From: an uncultured Candidatus Saccharibacteria bacterium
GTDB taxonomy: Bacteria; Patescibacteriota; Minisyncoccia; UBA6257; JAUSGH01
DNA: 50,797 bases
Direction of reading: 5' to 3'
Assembly (NCBI GenBank): GCA_964360025.1
Contig: CAYHUD010000005.1
Span: forward strand, 1-50,797
Part shown: piece by piece, positions 8,024 through 16,736 of the stretch
Numbering within the stretch: the first letter of the stretch is position 1
Layout of the letters: each line of letters opens with the position of its first letter
Position numbers and translations under genes: made by a program
The notes under the pieces: generated by a model
Told to the model about the DNA's origin: nothing
Databases searched by the model: none
Seen by the model: the letters and a program-made list of their open reading frames with translations, nothing else

Positions 8024-9319
8024 ATGAAATTTATCATTAAAGGCGGGAAAAAACTTGAGGGCGAAATTACTTTATCGGGCGCGAAAAACGCGGCGACTAA
8101 AATGATGATCGCCTCGCTTCTCACCGAAGACGAGTGCGAGCTTTTTAATTTTCCGGGCATCGGCGACGCCGAGATTACAGCCGAGCTCTGCCGTTCTTTG
8201 GGGAGCATTATTCAGAAAGAGGGGAGTGTTTTGCGCATCAAAACTCCGGCGATCACTAATTTTAAAGTGACTTCGCTTTCGCGTAAAAATCGCATTCCAA
8301 TTTTGGCTTTAGGGCCCTTGCTTTTACGCGTCGGTGAGGCGGAGATTCCTTTTTTGGGCGGGGATAAAATCGGGGCGCGTCCGGTGGATATGCACCTTTT
8401 AGGACTCCGCGCTATGGGCGCCACGATTGAAGTAGTCGGCGACCGTTATGTAGCGAAGGCTCCCCAGGGCCTCCGTGGAGCGAGAATTACGCTTAAATTT
8501 CCCTCGGTTGGAGCTACAGAAAATATTATTTTGGCCGCGACTTTGGCCAAGGGGCGGACGATCATTAAAAATGCCGCTAAGGAGCCGGAGATTATTGATT
8601 TGATTAAAATGTTGCAAAAAATGGGTGCGATTATTGAAATCGGCGCGCACCGGACTATCTATATTGACGGAGTTCCGCGGCTCCACGGTTGCCGCCATGA
8701 AATGCTCCCCGACAGAAATGAGGCCGTTTCTTTCGCGTGCCTCGCGGTTGCGACCGGGGGCAATGTTCTTCTGCGCGGGGCCGTACAGGAACATCTTATT
8801 ACTTTTCTCTCGACTCTTCGGCGCATTGGCGGCGAGTATGAGGTAGAGTCGCGCGGCATCAGATTTTTTTCCCGCGGACCGCTCCGCGGCACCGAGCTGG
8901 AGACGGACACCCACCCGGGATTTATGACTGACTGGCAGCAGCCATTCATCGTGCTTTTGACGCAGGCGGAGGGGACGTCGGTGATTCACGAGACAATTTA
9001 CGAAGATCGCTTCGGCTACGCGGAGGATTTGAATAAAATGGGAGCGGATATTCATGTTTTTTCCAAGTGTTTGGGCGAGCTTCCCTGCCGCTTCAATAGC
9101 ATGCACTTCAAGCATAGCGCTGTGATTAACGGATCGCGGAAACTTCGCGGCACGAACCTTACCGTGCGCGATCTGCGGAGCGGCATGGCTCATATCATAG
9201 CGGCGCTTGTGGCGGAAGGCGAGACGACGATTGACGGCATAGAAGAAATTGACCGCGGCTACGAACGCTTAGACGAACGTCTCCGCGCTTTGGGGGCGGA
9301 TATTGCGAGAGTAGAATAA
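8024..9319 (+). CDS. murA: UDP-N-acetylglucosamine 1-carboxyvinyltransferase
   Basis: LSGAKNAA, GGDKIGARPVDMH (Asp at the usual Cys position), PSVGATEN, NAAKEPEI, PGFMTDWQ, IDRGYE. Confidence 0.96.
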   Translation: MKFIIKGGKKLEGEITLSGAKNAATKMMIASLLTEDECELFNFPGIGDAEITAELCRSLGSIIQKEGSVLRIKTPAITNFKVTSLSRKNRIPILALGPLLLRVGEAEIPFLGGDKIGARPVDMHLLGLRAMGATIEVVGDRYVAKAPQGLRGARITLKFPSVGATENIILAATLAKGRTIIKNAAKEPEIIDLIKMLQKMGAIIEIGAHRTIYIDGVPRLHGCRHEMLPDRNEAVSFACLAVATGGNVLLRGAVQEHLITFLSTLRRIGGEYEVESRGIRFFSRGPLRGTELETDTHPGFMTDWQQPFIVLLTQAEGTSVIHETIYEDRFGYAEDLNKMGADIHVFSKCLGELPCRFNSMHFKHSAVINGSRKLRGTNLTVRDLRSGMAHIIAALVAEGETTIDGIEEIDRGYERLDERLRALGADIARVE

Positions 9320-9333
9320 GTTGTTAATTTTTA

Positions 9334-9375
9334 AATGTCTACTAACGCGAACGATCGTTCGCGTTAGTAGACATT
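9334..9375. repeat. Perfect loopless 42-bp palindrome
   Basis: aatgtctactaacgcgaacga|tcgttcgcgttagtagacatt. Confidence 0.92.
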
Positions 9376-9401
9376 ATTAAACAGGTGTATATTGTATTGA
9401 T

Positions 9402-9980
9402 ATGCGAGGCGATATAACTTTATTTATTCTCAAGGCATTGCAAGAAGGCGTTTCGACAATGGGAGAAATCTCAGAGCTTCTTGATGATTGTAGTATACGC
9501 AACACCAACGCCAGATTTTGGGGTTTTTCAGTAAGACAATTCGTTAAACCACGACCTATTTTTGAAAATAAGATTGCTTCGCTTGAGAATCGAAAAAAAA
9601 TAACTAAAATAATAACGAAATTGAAATCTGACGGTCTCGTCATAAAAAATAACGAGGGATTTTTTCATATAACTAAGGTGGGTAATTTAAAACTAAATAA
9701 TTTGTTGATAGTAAAAAACAAACAGCCACACTACGAAACCGCCCAATCTAACGAGGTAAAAATAATCACCTTTGATATTCCCGAGAAGAAAAAAGCTTCT
9801 AGAAATTGGCTACGCCTAGCTTTAAAAGATATGGATTTTAATTTTTTGCAGAAAAGCGTTTGGGTGGGAACAGCGGCGCTTCCGGAAGAATTTTTAGATG
9901 ACCTGCGGCAACAAGAAATTTTTGATTTCGTAGAGATATTCGCGGTAACTAAAAAAGGTACACTTCGTCAGTTGCGATAA
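9402..9980 (+). CDS. PaaX-like protein (wHTH plus Cas2-like ferredoxin domain)
   Basis: ITKLKSDGLVIK...FHITKVG winged helix; IITFDIPEKKKASRNWLRLALKDMDFNFLQKSVWV is typical of the PaaX central/Cas2-like domain; visibly AT-richer than murA. Confidence 0.75.
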   Translation: MRGDITLFILKALQEGVSTMGEISELLDDCSIRNTNARFWGFSVRQFVKPRPIFENKIASLENRKKITKIITKLKSDGLVIKNNEGFFHITKVGNLKLNNLLIVKNKQPHYETAQSNEVKIITFDIPEKKKASRNWLRLALKDMDFNFLQKSVWVGTAALPEEFLDDLRQQEIFDFVEIFAVTKKGTLRQLR

Positions 9981-9988
9981 TATGTCAA

Positions 9989-10026
9989 TGTCTACTAACA
10001 CAAACGATCGTTTGTGTTAGTAGACA
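9989..10026. repeat. Perfect loopless 38-bp palindrome, second copy of 9334-9375
   Basis: tgtctactaacacaaacga|tcgtttgtgttagtagaca. Confidence 0.92.
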
Positions 10027-10194
10027 ATAGTGGCGAGTAGGTTGGGCGAGGTATTTACGAAGGTATTGATAAATTTGTATAAATTAGATAGAATATTGGT
10101 GGTTCTAAAACAACTTAGGCGGCCTTTAGGAACATGAGTTCCGGGCCGATACAATCGTGGCTTTTCCCGCGATGACCGGGAAAGGGTGGACGCA

Positions 10195-10923
10195 ATGTCA
10201 AACCCCAAAGAATCAATGATGCACCTCTGGGATCTAATTGCTACGATCTGGGACATGGTTCGTTCGGGGAAGCGCAGGGCCAAAGAGGTCGCGCGTTGGC
10301 TCCAGGTCGTGAAGGACGATCCGGAGTTCATGAAGCGGCCGAGAGGGATGTTGGTTCTTTTGACCAAGACCCAGCTTTCCCTCGCGGGGGCCACCATCTT
10401 CTACAAGAAGCATTTTGGTCTCACGAAGGACTTCTCGGATCTTGTAGTTCCTCGTAAGCCACGCGGCGCCTACTGGCTGCTTGTGGTGGCGAAAGGGCTG
10501 ACTCCTATGAAGGTCTTCGCGCGTTGCAAAGCGCTCGGTTGGAACTGCGTGAGTCCCGACAGAGATCTGGACGACACGATTCCTAGATCCGATCGTAAGG
10601 CGGATAAGGACTATGCTATCTGGGTCGAAGCGACTTTGGAGGCCGACGAGAACTTCGAGGACAAGTCCTACTGTGACCTGGAAGATCTCAAGATTCGTGG
10701 GATCACTCTTCTGGAGCGTCTTCTTCTGGGGCTCCAGTATAACGACGAGACGGACGGCCACCTGGACGGAGTTGGATCCACCCTCTGTTCCGGTTCGAAG
10801 TATGACGACGGCCAGGTCCCAATCGTGAGGGGATTTGCTCTGACCAGCTTCCTTGCTGTCACCGAGTGCGATTCTAGCAAGTCGGGTTACAAATTGCGTT
10901 CGCGCGCCGTAGTTGAGTCTTAA
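10195..10923 (+). CDS. Hypothetical protein resembling CPR DGR target (CLec-like C-terminus)
   Basis: GITLLERLLLGLQY..ET.GHLD...TLCSGS.Y.DG.VP.V...LRSRAVV C-terminus; own terminator; ATG at 10195 (GTG at 10186 is an alternative). Confidence 0.65.
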   Translation: MSNPKESMMHLWDLIATIWDMVRSGKRRAKEVARWLQVVKDDPEFMKRPRGMLVLLTKTQLSLAGATIFYKKHFGLTKDFSDLVVPRKPRGAYWLLVVAKGLTPMKVFARCKALGWNCVSPDRDLDDTIPRSDRKADKDYAIWVEATLEADENFEDKSYCDLEDLKIRGITLLERLLLGLQYNDETDGHLDGVGSTLCSGSKYDDGQVPIVRGFALTSFLAVTECDSSKSGYKLRSRAVVES

Positions 10924-10949
10924 TCTTGTACGTCCAATTTTGTACTCTT

Positions 10950-10988
10950 GAGCCCCCTTGGCAGCTTGCCGAGAGGGGCTTCTTTTTT
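10950..10988 (+). terminator. Intrinsic terminator
   Basis: gagccccc ttggcag...ttgccgag aggggctt followed by a T tract. Confidence 0.6.
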
Positions 10989-11056
10989 ATCTTTACATTC
11001 CTAATCTATATCTATAAGCTAAAAACTAGTAAGCTAATCTTTAATATCCCTATCTT

Positions 11057-12067
11057 ATGTTTACCCGCAAAATCGGCATAGATTTAGGCACGGTTAATAC
11101 CATCGTTTTTGTCCCCGGCGAGGGGTTTATTATCAACGAGCCGACGATCGTTGCTTTAAGTCATCCGGAAAATCAGGTTTTGGCCGTGGGACGCGAAGCG
11201 AAAGATATGATCGGGCGCGCTCCGGCGGATATCACCGCTTACCGTCCGCTAAAAGACGGCGTCGTAGCTGACTACTATATTACCCGCGCCATGCTCAAGT
11301 ATTTTATCAGTCGCGCGTGCGGTTCTTTTAACATCTTTAAACCGGAGGCGGTTATTTCCGTTCCGGCGGGGATTAGCACTGCCGAGCGGCGTGCGATTGT
11401 TTCGGCTGCAAAGGAAGCGGGAGCTAGGGAGGCCCATATTGTCCGCGAGCCGATACTTGCCGCGCTCGGCGCCGGTATTCCTATCAATCATCACTCGGGG
11501 AATATGATCATCAATATCGGCGGCGGCACGTCCGAGGTGGCCGTGGTTTCTCTGGGCAACATCGTCTCCTGGGACAGTTTGAAGGTTGCCGGCAATAAAT
11601 TTGATCAGGCGATCACGGACTATGTTAAAAAGAAATATTCGCTTGCCATCGGCGAGCAGACAGCGGAAAATCTGAAAATCGCCGTCGGTTCGGCGCTTCC
11701 CTCCAAAGAAAAATTAGAGTATCAGATTCGCGGCCGCGATTTGGTTTATGGTTTGCCGCGTGATATTTTGGTTAATTCCAACGAGGTCGCCGAGGCCTTA
11801 AATCCGCACCTCATGGAAATCGCCAATTCAGTGCAGAAAGTTTTTAACTCCACCCCGCCGGAGCTCGTCGCTGATATAATGGAAAAGGGTATCATCATTT
11901 CTGGCGGCGGGGCGCAGTTGCGAAGCATTGATGAGTTTTTTAAGCGTATGACGGGTGTGGAGGCCTATATTGCAGAGGATCCGCTGCTCTGCGTCGCCAA
12001 AGGCGCCGGACTTATTTTAAGCCATTTAGATGTCTATAAAAGAACACTTCTTAATAAAAGATTTTAA
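11057..12067 (+). CDS. mreB: Rod shape-determining protein MreB/Mbl paralog (stand-alone)
   Basis: IGIDLGTVNT, RPLKDGVVAD, INIGGGTSEVAV, ISGGGAQL, AEDPLLCVAKG. Confidence 0.93.
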   Translation: MFTRKIGIDLGTVNTIVFVPGEGFIINEPTIVALSHPENQVLAVGREAKDMIGRAPADITAYRPLKDGVVADYYITRAMLKYFISRACGSFNIFKPEAVISVPAGISTAERRAIVSAAKEAGAREAHIVREPILAALGAGIPINHHSGNMIINIGGGTSEVAVVSLGNIVSWDSLKVAGNKFDQAITDYVKKKYSLAIGEQTAENLKIAVGSALPSKEKLEYQIRGRDLVYGLPRDILVNSNEVAEALNPHLMEIANSVQKVFNSTPPELVADIMEKGIIISGGGAQLRSIDEFFKRMTGVEAYIAEDPLLCVAKGAGLILSHLDVYKRTLLNKRF

Positions 12068-12725
12068 GAGATTGTCGGATTCTGGGCAGATGTCTCACGC
12101 CTATCTTTTTTTCGGCGAATCGCGCGCGGCGGTTGATAGTTTGGGAGGGGACATTTTAAAATTTTTGGAAAAAGACACCCCCGGTATCCTACGGGACGGC
12201 ATATGCGTCGCGGGGGATGTGATCGGTATTGACGAGGTGCGCGGCGCGATTAATTTTCTTTGGCAAAAACCGGTTTTTTCGGAAAGAAGGACGGTCTTTG
12301 TCTCCGGCGCCGATCATCTGACGGCGCAGGCGCAGAACGCTTTTTTAAAAACAGTTGAAGAGCCGCCCGCGCATGGCCTGCTCCTCCTTGGCGCGCCCAA
12401 CGCCGAGTCGCTCCTCGTCCCGCTTGCCTCGCGTTTGCAGAAAATTTATATCAGCTCCAGCGTGGAGGCGTCCGATGAAGAAGCAAAAACTAGAGCCCTG
12501 AAGTTTATCAGCGCGGGACCGAAGGAAAGAAAAGACCTTATCGTTAAAATGCTGGAATTGGAATCGGATGATGTCATTCGCGCTTTTATTAAGGAAATAT
12601 TAAACGAATGCCGCAAAGATCCGCTTAAGAACCACGCTTTGATGAAAAACACCGTTCACCGTTGGGCGAAGATTTCGCAGTTTAATACCAACAAGAAACT
12701 GCAATTAGAGTCTTTACTGTGTTGA
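12030..12725 (+). CDS. DNA polymerase III delta-prime-like clamp loader subunit (degenerate P-loop)
   Basis: SHAYLFFG, IGIDEVR, AQNAFLKTVEEPP, LASR. Confidence 0.75.
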   Translation: MSIKEHFLIKDFKRLSDSGQMSHAYLFFGESRAAVDSLGGDILKFLEKDTPGILRDGICVAGDVIGIDEVRGAINFLWQKPVFSERRTVFVSGADHLTAQAQNAFLKTVEEPPAHGLLLLGAPNAESLLVPLASRLQKIYISSSVEASDEEAKTRALKFISAGPKERKDLIVKMLELESDDVIRAFIKEILNECRKDPLKNHALMKNTVHRWAKISQFNTNKKLQLESLLC

Positions 12726-12732
12726 CCGTAAG

Positions 12733-12838
12733 GCCACGGCCGTAGGGCCGTGGACGAAGGGCTTTTATAAATAGTCGGCGGAGCCGACACTCTGCACAGA
12801 AAAGCGCCCCGATGCCACGGGCATAAGCCCGTGGACGC
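12733..12838. repeat. Pair of related REP/IS200-IS605-end-like hairpins
   Basis: ccacggcc-gtag-ggccgtgg-acg (12734) and ccacgggc-ataa-gcccgtgg-acg (12815), with a small gtcggc/gccgac hairpin between. Confidence 0.65.
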
Positions 12839-12901
12839 TTTACTTTCTTAACAATTTATATTAAGATATAGCCAGTCCGTTGTATCTATGGAGGGTCGTT
12901 A

Positions 12902-13096
12902 ATGAGCCGAAGCTCTATGGACTTTGACTTTGCAGGTGCCGTGAAGCCTTGTGGTGGTCCCGCTCCCGACTTTTCCAGGCCCGACAAGGACAAGGGTTGT
13001 GTGGGTGTGGGGTGTTGGCTTTATGATCACTGTGATCTGAACGACAAGAAAAAACCCTGGAAAAGACCCGTTGTGGTCAGCCGGCTTCCGGCATAA
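12902..13096 (+). CDS. Small Cys-containing hypothetical protein
   Basis: 64-aa ORF with GGAGG upstream; four Cys. Confidence 0.5.
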   Translation: MSRSSMDFDFAGAVKPCGGPAPDFSRPDKDKGCVGVGCWLYDHCDLNDKKKPWKRPVVVSRLPA

Positions 13097-13108
13097 GGAG
13101 GATATGTT

Positions 13109-13528
13109 ATGAACGTCCATCCGGAGCGGGAGGCGCTTCTCGCGCTTGCCAGTCAAGGTCAAGAACGGTACGGGGGTATACCCCCAAGTATTAGTTCTGC
13201 CGATCTTTTCATTGGGCATCAGCAACTTCATATTTGGGGCGTTAGCATCTCCGATAGGTCGTTTCCTTTCGGTTTTGATCCTGATATCTTAATTCTTGGT
13301 GAAATGGCAGTTGCCTCGATTATCCCCGAAGGTCATGGACTGGAAGGATGCGGTTGCGCAGTTTCTATCCGAAGGGCTACGGAGGATGAGTGTCGGGTTT
13401 GGAATCCGACAGCGCCGTCAGAAAACACCGCGTTGTTTTGTTTCGAATCTTTGCGTGTGGCTGCCGCTACCGCAGGCACGATTTATTTCATCAAAACCGG
13501 CAACATAATTTTCTGCACAGTAGTTTAA
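13109..13528 (+). CDS. Hypothetical protein
   Basis: 139-aa ORF with AAGGAGG upstream. Confidence 0.6.
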   Translation: MNVHPEREALLALASQGQERYGGIPPSISSADLFIGHQQLHIWGVSISDRSFPFGFDPDILILGEMAVASIIPEGHGLEGCGCAVSIRRATEDECRVWNPTAPSENTALFCFESLRVAAATAGTIYFIKTGNIIFCTVV

Positions 13529-13533
13529 GCCAG

Positions 13534-13580
13534 TCCCGTTAGAAGTAGCTCCGCGTAGCGGAGTGTCGGTTCTAACGGGA
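13534..13580. mobile_element. Short member of the CCCGTTAGAA element family, positioned as a terminator
   Basis: tcccgttagaa ... ttctaacggga IR enclosing a ctccgc/gcggag hairpin, followed by a T tract. Confidence 0.65.
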
Positions 13581-13640
13581 TTGTTTTTTTATTAAAACCA
13601 TATTATCATCGTTTTAGTTAAAATAATTAAGAACAGTAAT

Positions 13641-14813
13641 ATGATATCCAATAAAGGCAAACAAATTATTACTTCCGAGTCGGTTACCGAGGGCCATCCC
13701 GATAAGATCGCCGATCAGATTTCCGATTCTATTCTAGACGCAGTTTTGCGCGAAGACCCTTATGGACGCGTTGCCGTGGAAAGTCTCCTTACGCGCGGTT
13801 TGATTGTTGTCGCCGGAGAGGTGACGACAACCGCTAGAATTGATGTTTCGAAAGTTGTAAGAAATCTCGTAAATGACATCGGCTATACCGACGCTTCTTA
13901 TGGTTTGGACGGCGCGACCTGCGGTTTACAAGTATCTCTTCAGGAACAGTCTCCGGATATTGCCTTGGGGGTTTCGGCTTATGGCAAGGAGAAACCAGAA
14001 ACAGTGGGTGCGGGTGATCAGGGTATTATGTATGGCTACGCCACCGATGAGACTGAGGAGTTGATGCCGCTACCGATAGTTTTGGCGCATAAATTGGTTA
14101 AGAAACTCGCCGAATTGCGCAAAAACGGAACTCTTAAATATCTCCGTCCCGACGGCAAATCGCAGGTTACTGTGGAGTATATGAATGGAGCGCCGGAGCG
14201 CATTCACACTGTTTTGATTTCCACCCAGCACTCTCCGGAGACTAAACTAGCGAAACTGGAGAAGGATATTATCACTAAAGTTATGCTTACGGTTCTGCCG
14301 AAAAAACTTCTGGATAAAAAAACCAGATTTCTTGTTAATCCCACGGGGCGGTTTGTCGTTGGCGGGCCGCAGGGGGATACGGGTCTTACGGGCAGGAAAA
14401 TCATTGTGGATACTTACGGCGGCGTGGCGCCTCACGGCGGCGGCGCGTTTTCCGGCAAGGACCCCACAAAAGTTGATCGCTCCGGCGCCTACGCCGCGCG
14501 TTATGTTGCGAAAAATATCGTAGCCGCGGGATTGGCTAAAAGAGTGGAGGTAAAAGTCGCTTATGCGATCGGCGTTCCCGAGCCCTTGGCTATCAACATC
14601 AATAGTCACGGCACGGGAATTGTTAATGATGAAAAATTAGCGGAAATTGTAACTAAAGTTTTTGATCTCCGTCCGGGTATGATCATTAAAAACTTGGATT
14701 TGCGCCGCCCTATTTATAAACAGACGGCGGCATACGGACACTTTGGCCGCACGGATTTGGATTTGCCTTGGGAAAAGACAGATAAAATTGAAGAACTTAA
14801 AAAGCTGGTTTAA
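13641..14813 (+). CDS. metK: S-adenosylmethionine synthetase
   Basis: [49 protein letters not shown]. Confidence 0.98.
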   Translation: MISNKGKQIITSESVTEGHPDKIADQISDSILDAVLREDPYGRVAVESLLTRGLIVVAGEVTTTARIDVSKVVRNLVNDIGYTDASYGLDGATCGLQVSLQEQSPDIALGVSAYGKEKPETVGAGDQGIMYGYATDETEELMPLPIVLAHKLVKKLAELRKNGTLKYLRPDGKSQVTVEYMNGAPERIHTVLISTQHSPETKLAKLEKDIITKVMLTVLPKKLLDKKTRFLVNPTGRFVVGGPQGDTGLTGRKIIVDTYGGVAPHGGGAFSGKDPTKVDRSGAYAARYVAKNIVAAGLAKRVEVKVAYAIGVPEPLAININSHGTGIVNDEKLAEIVTKVFDLRPGMIIKNLDLRRPIYKQTAAYGHFGRTDLDLPWEKTDKIEELKKLV

Positions 14814-14833
14814 AAAACTCCCCGTGAAAGGAG

Positions 14834-15292
14834 TTAAAACCACCCGAGATAGTTATCTTCCAGTACGTGAGACATAACGGAGAGCGACAAGGAAAGTATC
14901 ATTATGAGGTTTGTTGCCCCGCGTTCTTTCTCGTGGCTGGGTCGGTCTAGCGCCTCAAACAGACATCCTAGAGAATAGCTTGTCAGGATTCCCGCCACCC
15001 AAAGGCAGGGCGTATGCAGGAACTTTCCGTCAGAAAATCCGAAAAAAAGAGCAAGATGGTCAATATCCACAAACACGTTGGCTACGCCGCCCCAGAGTCC
15101 TACATAAGCCGCCATCTGCGGCCACGGCGTGGCAAACAAGATCTTTTTCCCAAAGTACTTTACGATGATTGCGGCTACGGCGAATGCTATCCAGAACCCC
15201 AGCGTGAAGTGACAAAACGATCGGGTAATGACGAGCTCCAGCGTGATACCCTCTGGCCATCGCATCGCGTTCCGCCTCAAAGATGTTTGCAA
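14834..15292 (-). CDS. Membrane protein, possible metal-dependent hydrolase (YdjM/DUF457-like)
   Basis: Several TM helices with H, DIDH, LH and SHxxED motifs; start uncertain. Confidence 0.55.
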   Translation of the reverse strand: MQTSLRRNAMRWPEGITLELVITRSFCHFTLGFWIAFAVAAIIVKYFGKKILFATPWPQMAAYVGLWGGVANVFVDIDHLALFFGFSDGKFLHTPCLWVAGILTSYSLGCLFEALDRPSHEKERGATNLIMILSLSLSVMSHVLEDNYLGWF

Positions 15293-15352
15293 AGGTTCTG
15301 GTGAAATGATACCATTGGCCTAGGTTCTCTGCACCTTGAGTGAGGTCTCCGC

Positions 15353-15988
15353 ATGGATCAATTCAAGCCCCCATCGTGGTGGTCCGGATTTGCCGATCAA
15401 TGGAAGAAGCTTGAGTGGGCGGTTTGGAGCGCGTCCAATTTCCAGTTTATCGGAGGCGTAATCTTTTTGTTCTGCTGTTATTTCGCCGTAAGTCCGTCTT
15501 TTCTTGCAGTATTTCAGACTCCCAGGACGCAAACGGATCGCATGACATACATTGACCGCTCGGTATCTTTCAATCCCGAAATATTTTTTGGGTCCGAATG
15601 GAGAGTGGCAGAAGAAGATGCCCGTTATCATGAATTTGCGGCCATCAACTTTGGCAAGATGAAGCTTGCGACCTGTCTCAAAGAAGGCGAGTCGTGGATT
15701 ACAGGCGAAGAAAAGCTTAGGCGTCTCAAAAAAAGCGGCGACATTCGGCTCGGCGCCGATGTTTTCCTGGCTCTATGGAATGAAGAAGGGCAGAGGACGT
15801 TGGAATGGCTGCGCGAAAATCGCAGCGTTACTCGCCTGGATTTTTTTGGGACAATCCTGGAGAGTCCCAGCGGCAACCGATGCGTCTTCTGTCTTTACCG
15901 GGACGGCGATGCATGGGTTTGGGGTTGCCCTTGGCTTGATGGCGTCTGGTTTTCCAGCGGGCCTGCACCAGTTCTCTTGAATGATTAG
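15353..15988 (+). CDS. Hypothetical protein resembling CPR DGR target (CLec-like C-terminus)
   Basis: ITGEEKLRRLK...LDFFGTILESPSGNRCVFCLYRDGDAWVWGCPWLDGVW; C-terminus is collinear with that of 49416..50009; start uncertain. Confidence 0.65.
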   Translation: MDQFKPPSWWSGFADQWKKLEWAVWSASNFQFIGGVIFLFCCYFAVSPSFLAVFQTPRTQTDRMTYIDRSVSFNPEIFFGSEWRVAEEDARYHEFAAINFGKMKLATCLKEGESWITGEEKLRRLKKSGDIRLGADVFLALWNEEGQRTLEWLRENRSVTRLDFFGTILESPSGNRCVFCLYRDGDAWVWGCPWLDGVWFSSGPAPVLLND

Positions 15989-16003
15989 CGTTTTGGTGTT
16001 CTG

Positions 16004-16030
16004 TCCCCGAAGATGTCGGGGACTTTTTTG
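16004..16030 (+). terminator. Intrinsic terminator
   Basis: gtccccga-agatg-tcggggac followed by T6. Confidence 0.75.
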
Positions 16031-16069
16031 TTGTCAATCTGCATTTTTTGGGCTAATGTATTCTCATGG

Positions 16070-16192
16070 ATCCCGTTAGAAATGACGGACGCGTTTAAAA
16101 CCACTATGCTATCTATACTACAACTGAAATTATCAACTACTAACAACTTAGCGCGCGAATGTTTTAAATTCGCGCCCTATTTCTAACGGGAT
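16070..16192. mobile_element. CCCGTTAGAAAT element at the frr start codon
   Basis: 14-bp IR atcccgttagaaat 16070-16083 / 16179-16192; ATGG on both sides; shares the internal cggacgc with the rpmJ copy. Confidence 0.75.
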
Positions 16193-16736
16193 GGGTACCC
16201 AAGACTTAGAATCAAAACTAAAATCTGTCATTGAGGCCTTAAAACAGGAACTTTCCGGAATCAGGACCAACCGCCCTTCTTCGCGGATGATTGAAGATGT
16301 TAAAGTGGATTATTTTGGCGCGCCAACGCCTTTAAAACAACTCGGCTCTATTTCCGTCGTTCCTCCGCGCGAATTACAAATCTCCGTTTGGGATCAAAAC
16401 GCTCTCGCCCCGATCGCTAAAAGTATTGAAGCCGCTAATTTAGGCGTATCGGTTTCCGTGTCCGGAAATATAGTCCGGGTGACGCTTCCGGCTTTAAGCG
16501 ATGAGCGCCGCATGGAATTGATTAAGATCGTTAAGAATATGGTGGAAGAAACAAAAATTAAAGTCCGTTCTTCGCGCGACGACGCCAATAAAAAAACCGA
16601 CGGCGCCGAGAAAGCAAAAGAAATATCCGAAGATGAAAAGTTTAAGTTAAGAAAGAAAATACAGGAAGCAGTGGATAAAACGAATAAAGAAATAGAAGCC
16701 GCGCTTCTGGCCAAAATAAAGGAGATTCAAGAATAA
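16191..16736 (+). CDS. frr: Ribosome recycling factor
   Basis: IRTNRPS, VDYFGAPTPL, ISVWD, LPALSDERR, ISEDE. Confidence 0.96.
   Translation: MGTQDLESKLKSVIEALKQELSGIRTNRPSSRMIEDVKVDYFGAPTPLKQLGSISVVPPRELQISVWDQNALAPIAKSIEAANLGVSVSVSGNIVRVTLPALSDERRMELIKIVKNMVEETKIKVRSSRDDANKKTDGAEKAKEISEDEKFKLRKKIQEAVDKTNKEIEAALLAKIKEIQE

Noticed and set aside
643-9193. Long antisense ORFs over gyrA, rpoA, murA and others
   Set aside because: Shadow frames of well-supported core genes, with no motifs or start signals.
9334-10026. CRISPR-Cas locus (Cas2-like motif plus ~40-bp repeats)
   Set aside because: Only two repeats, about 650 bp apart; no spacer array and no cas1. The protein has an N-terminal wHTH like PaaX.
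13529-13640. SAM riboswitch upstream of metK
   Set aside because: No SAM-I/II consensus is visible; the hairpin is a CCCGTTAGAA-family element.
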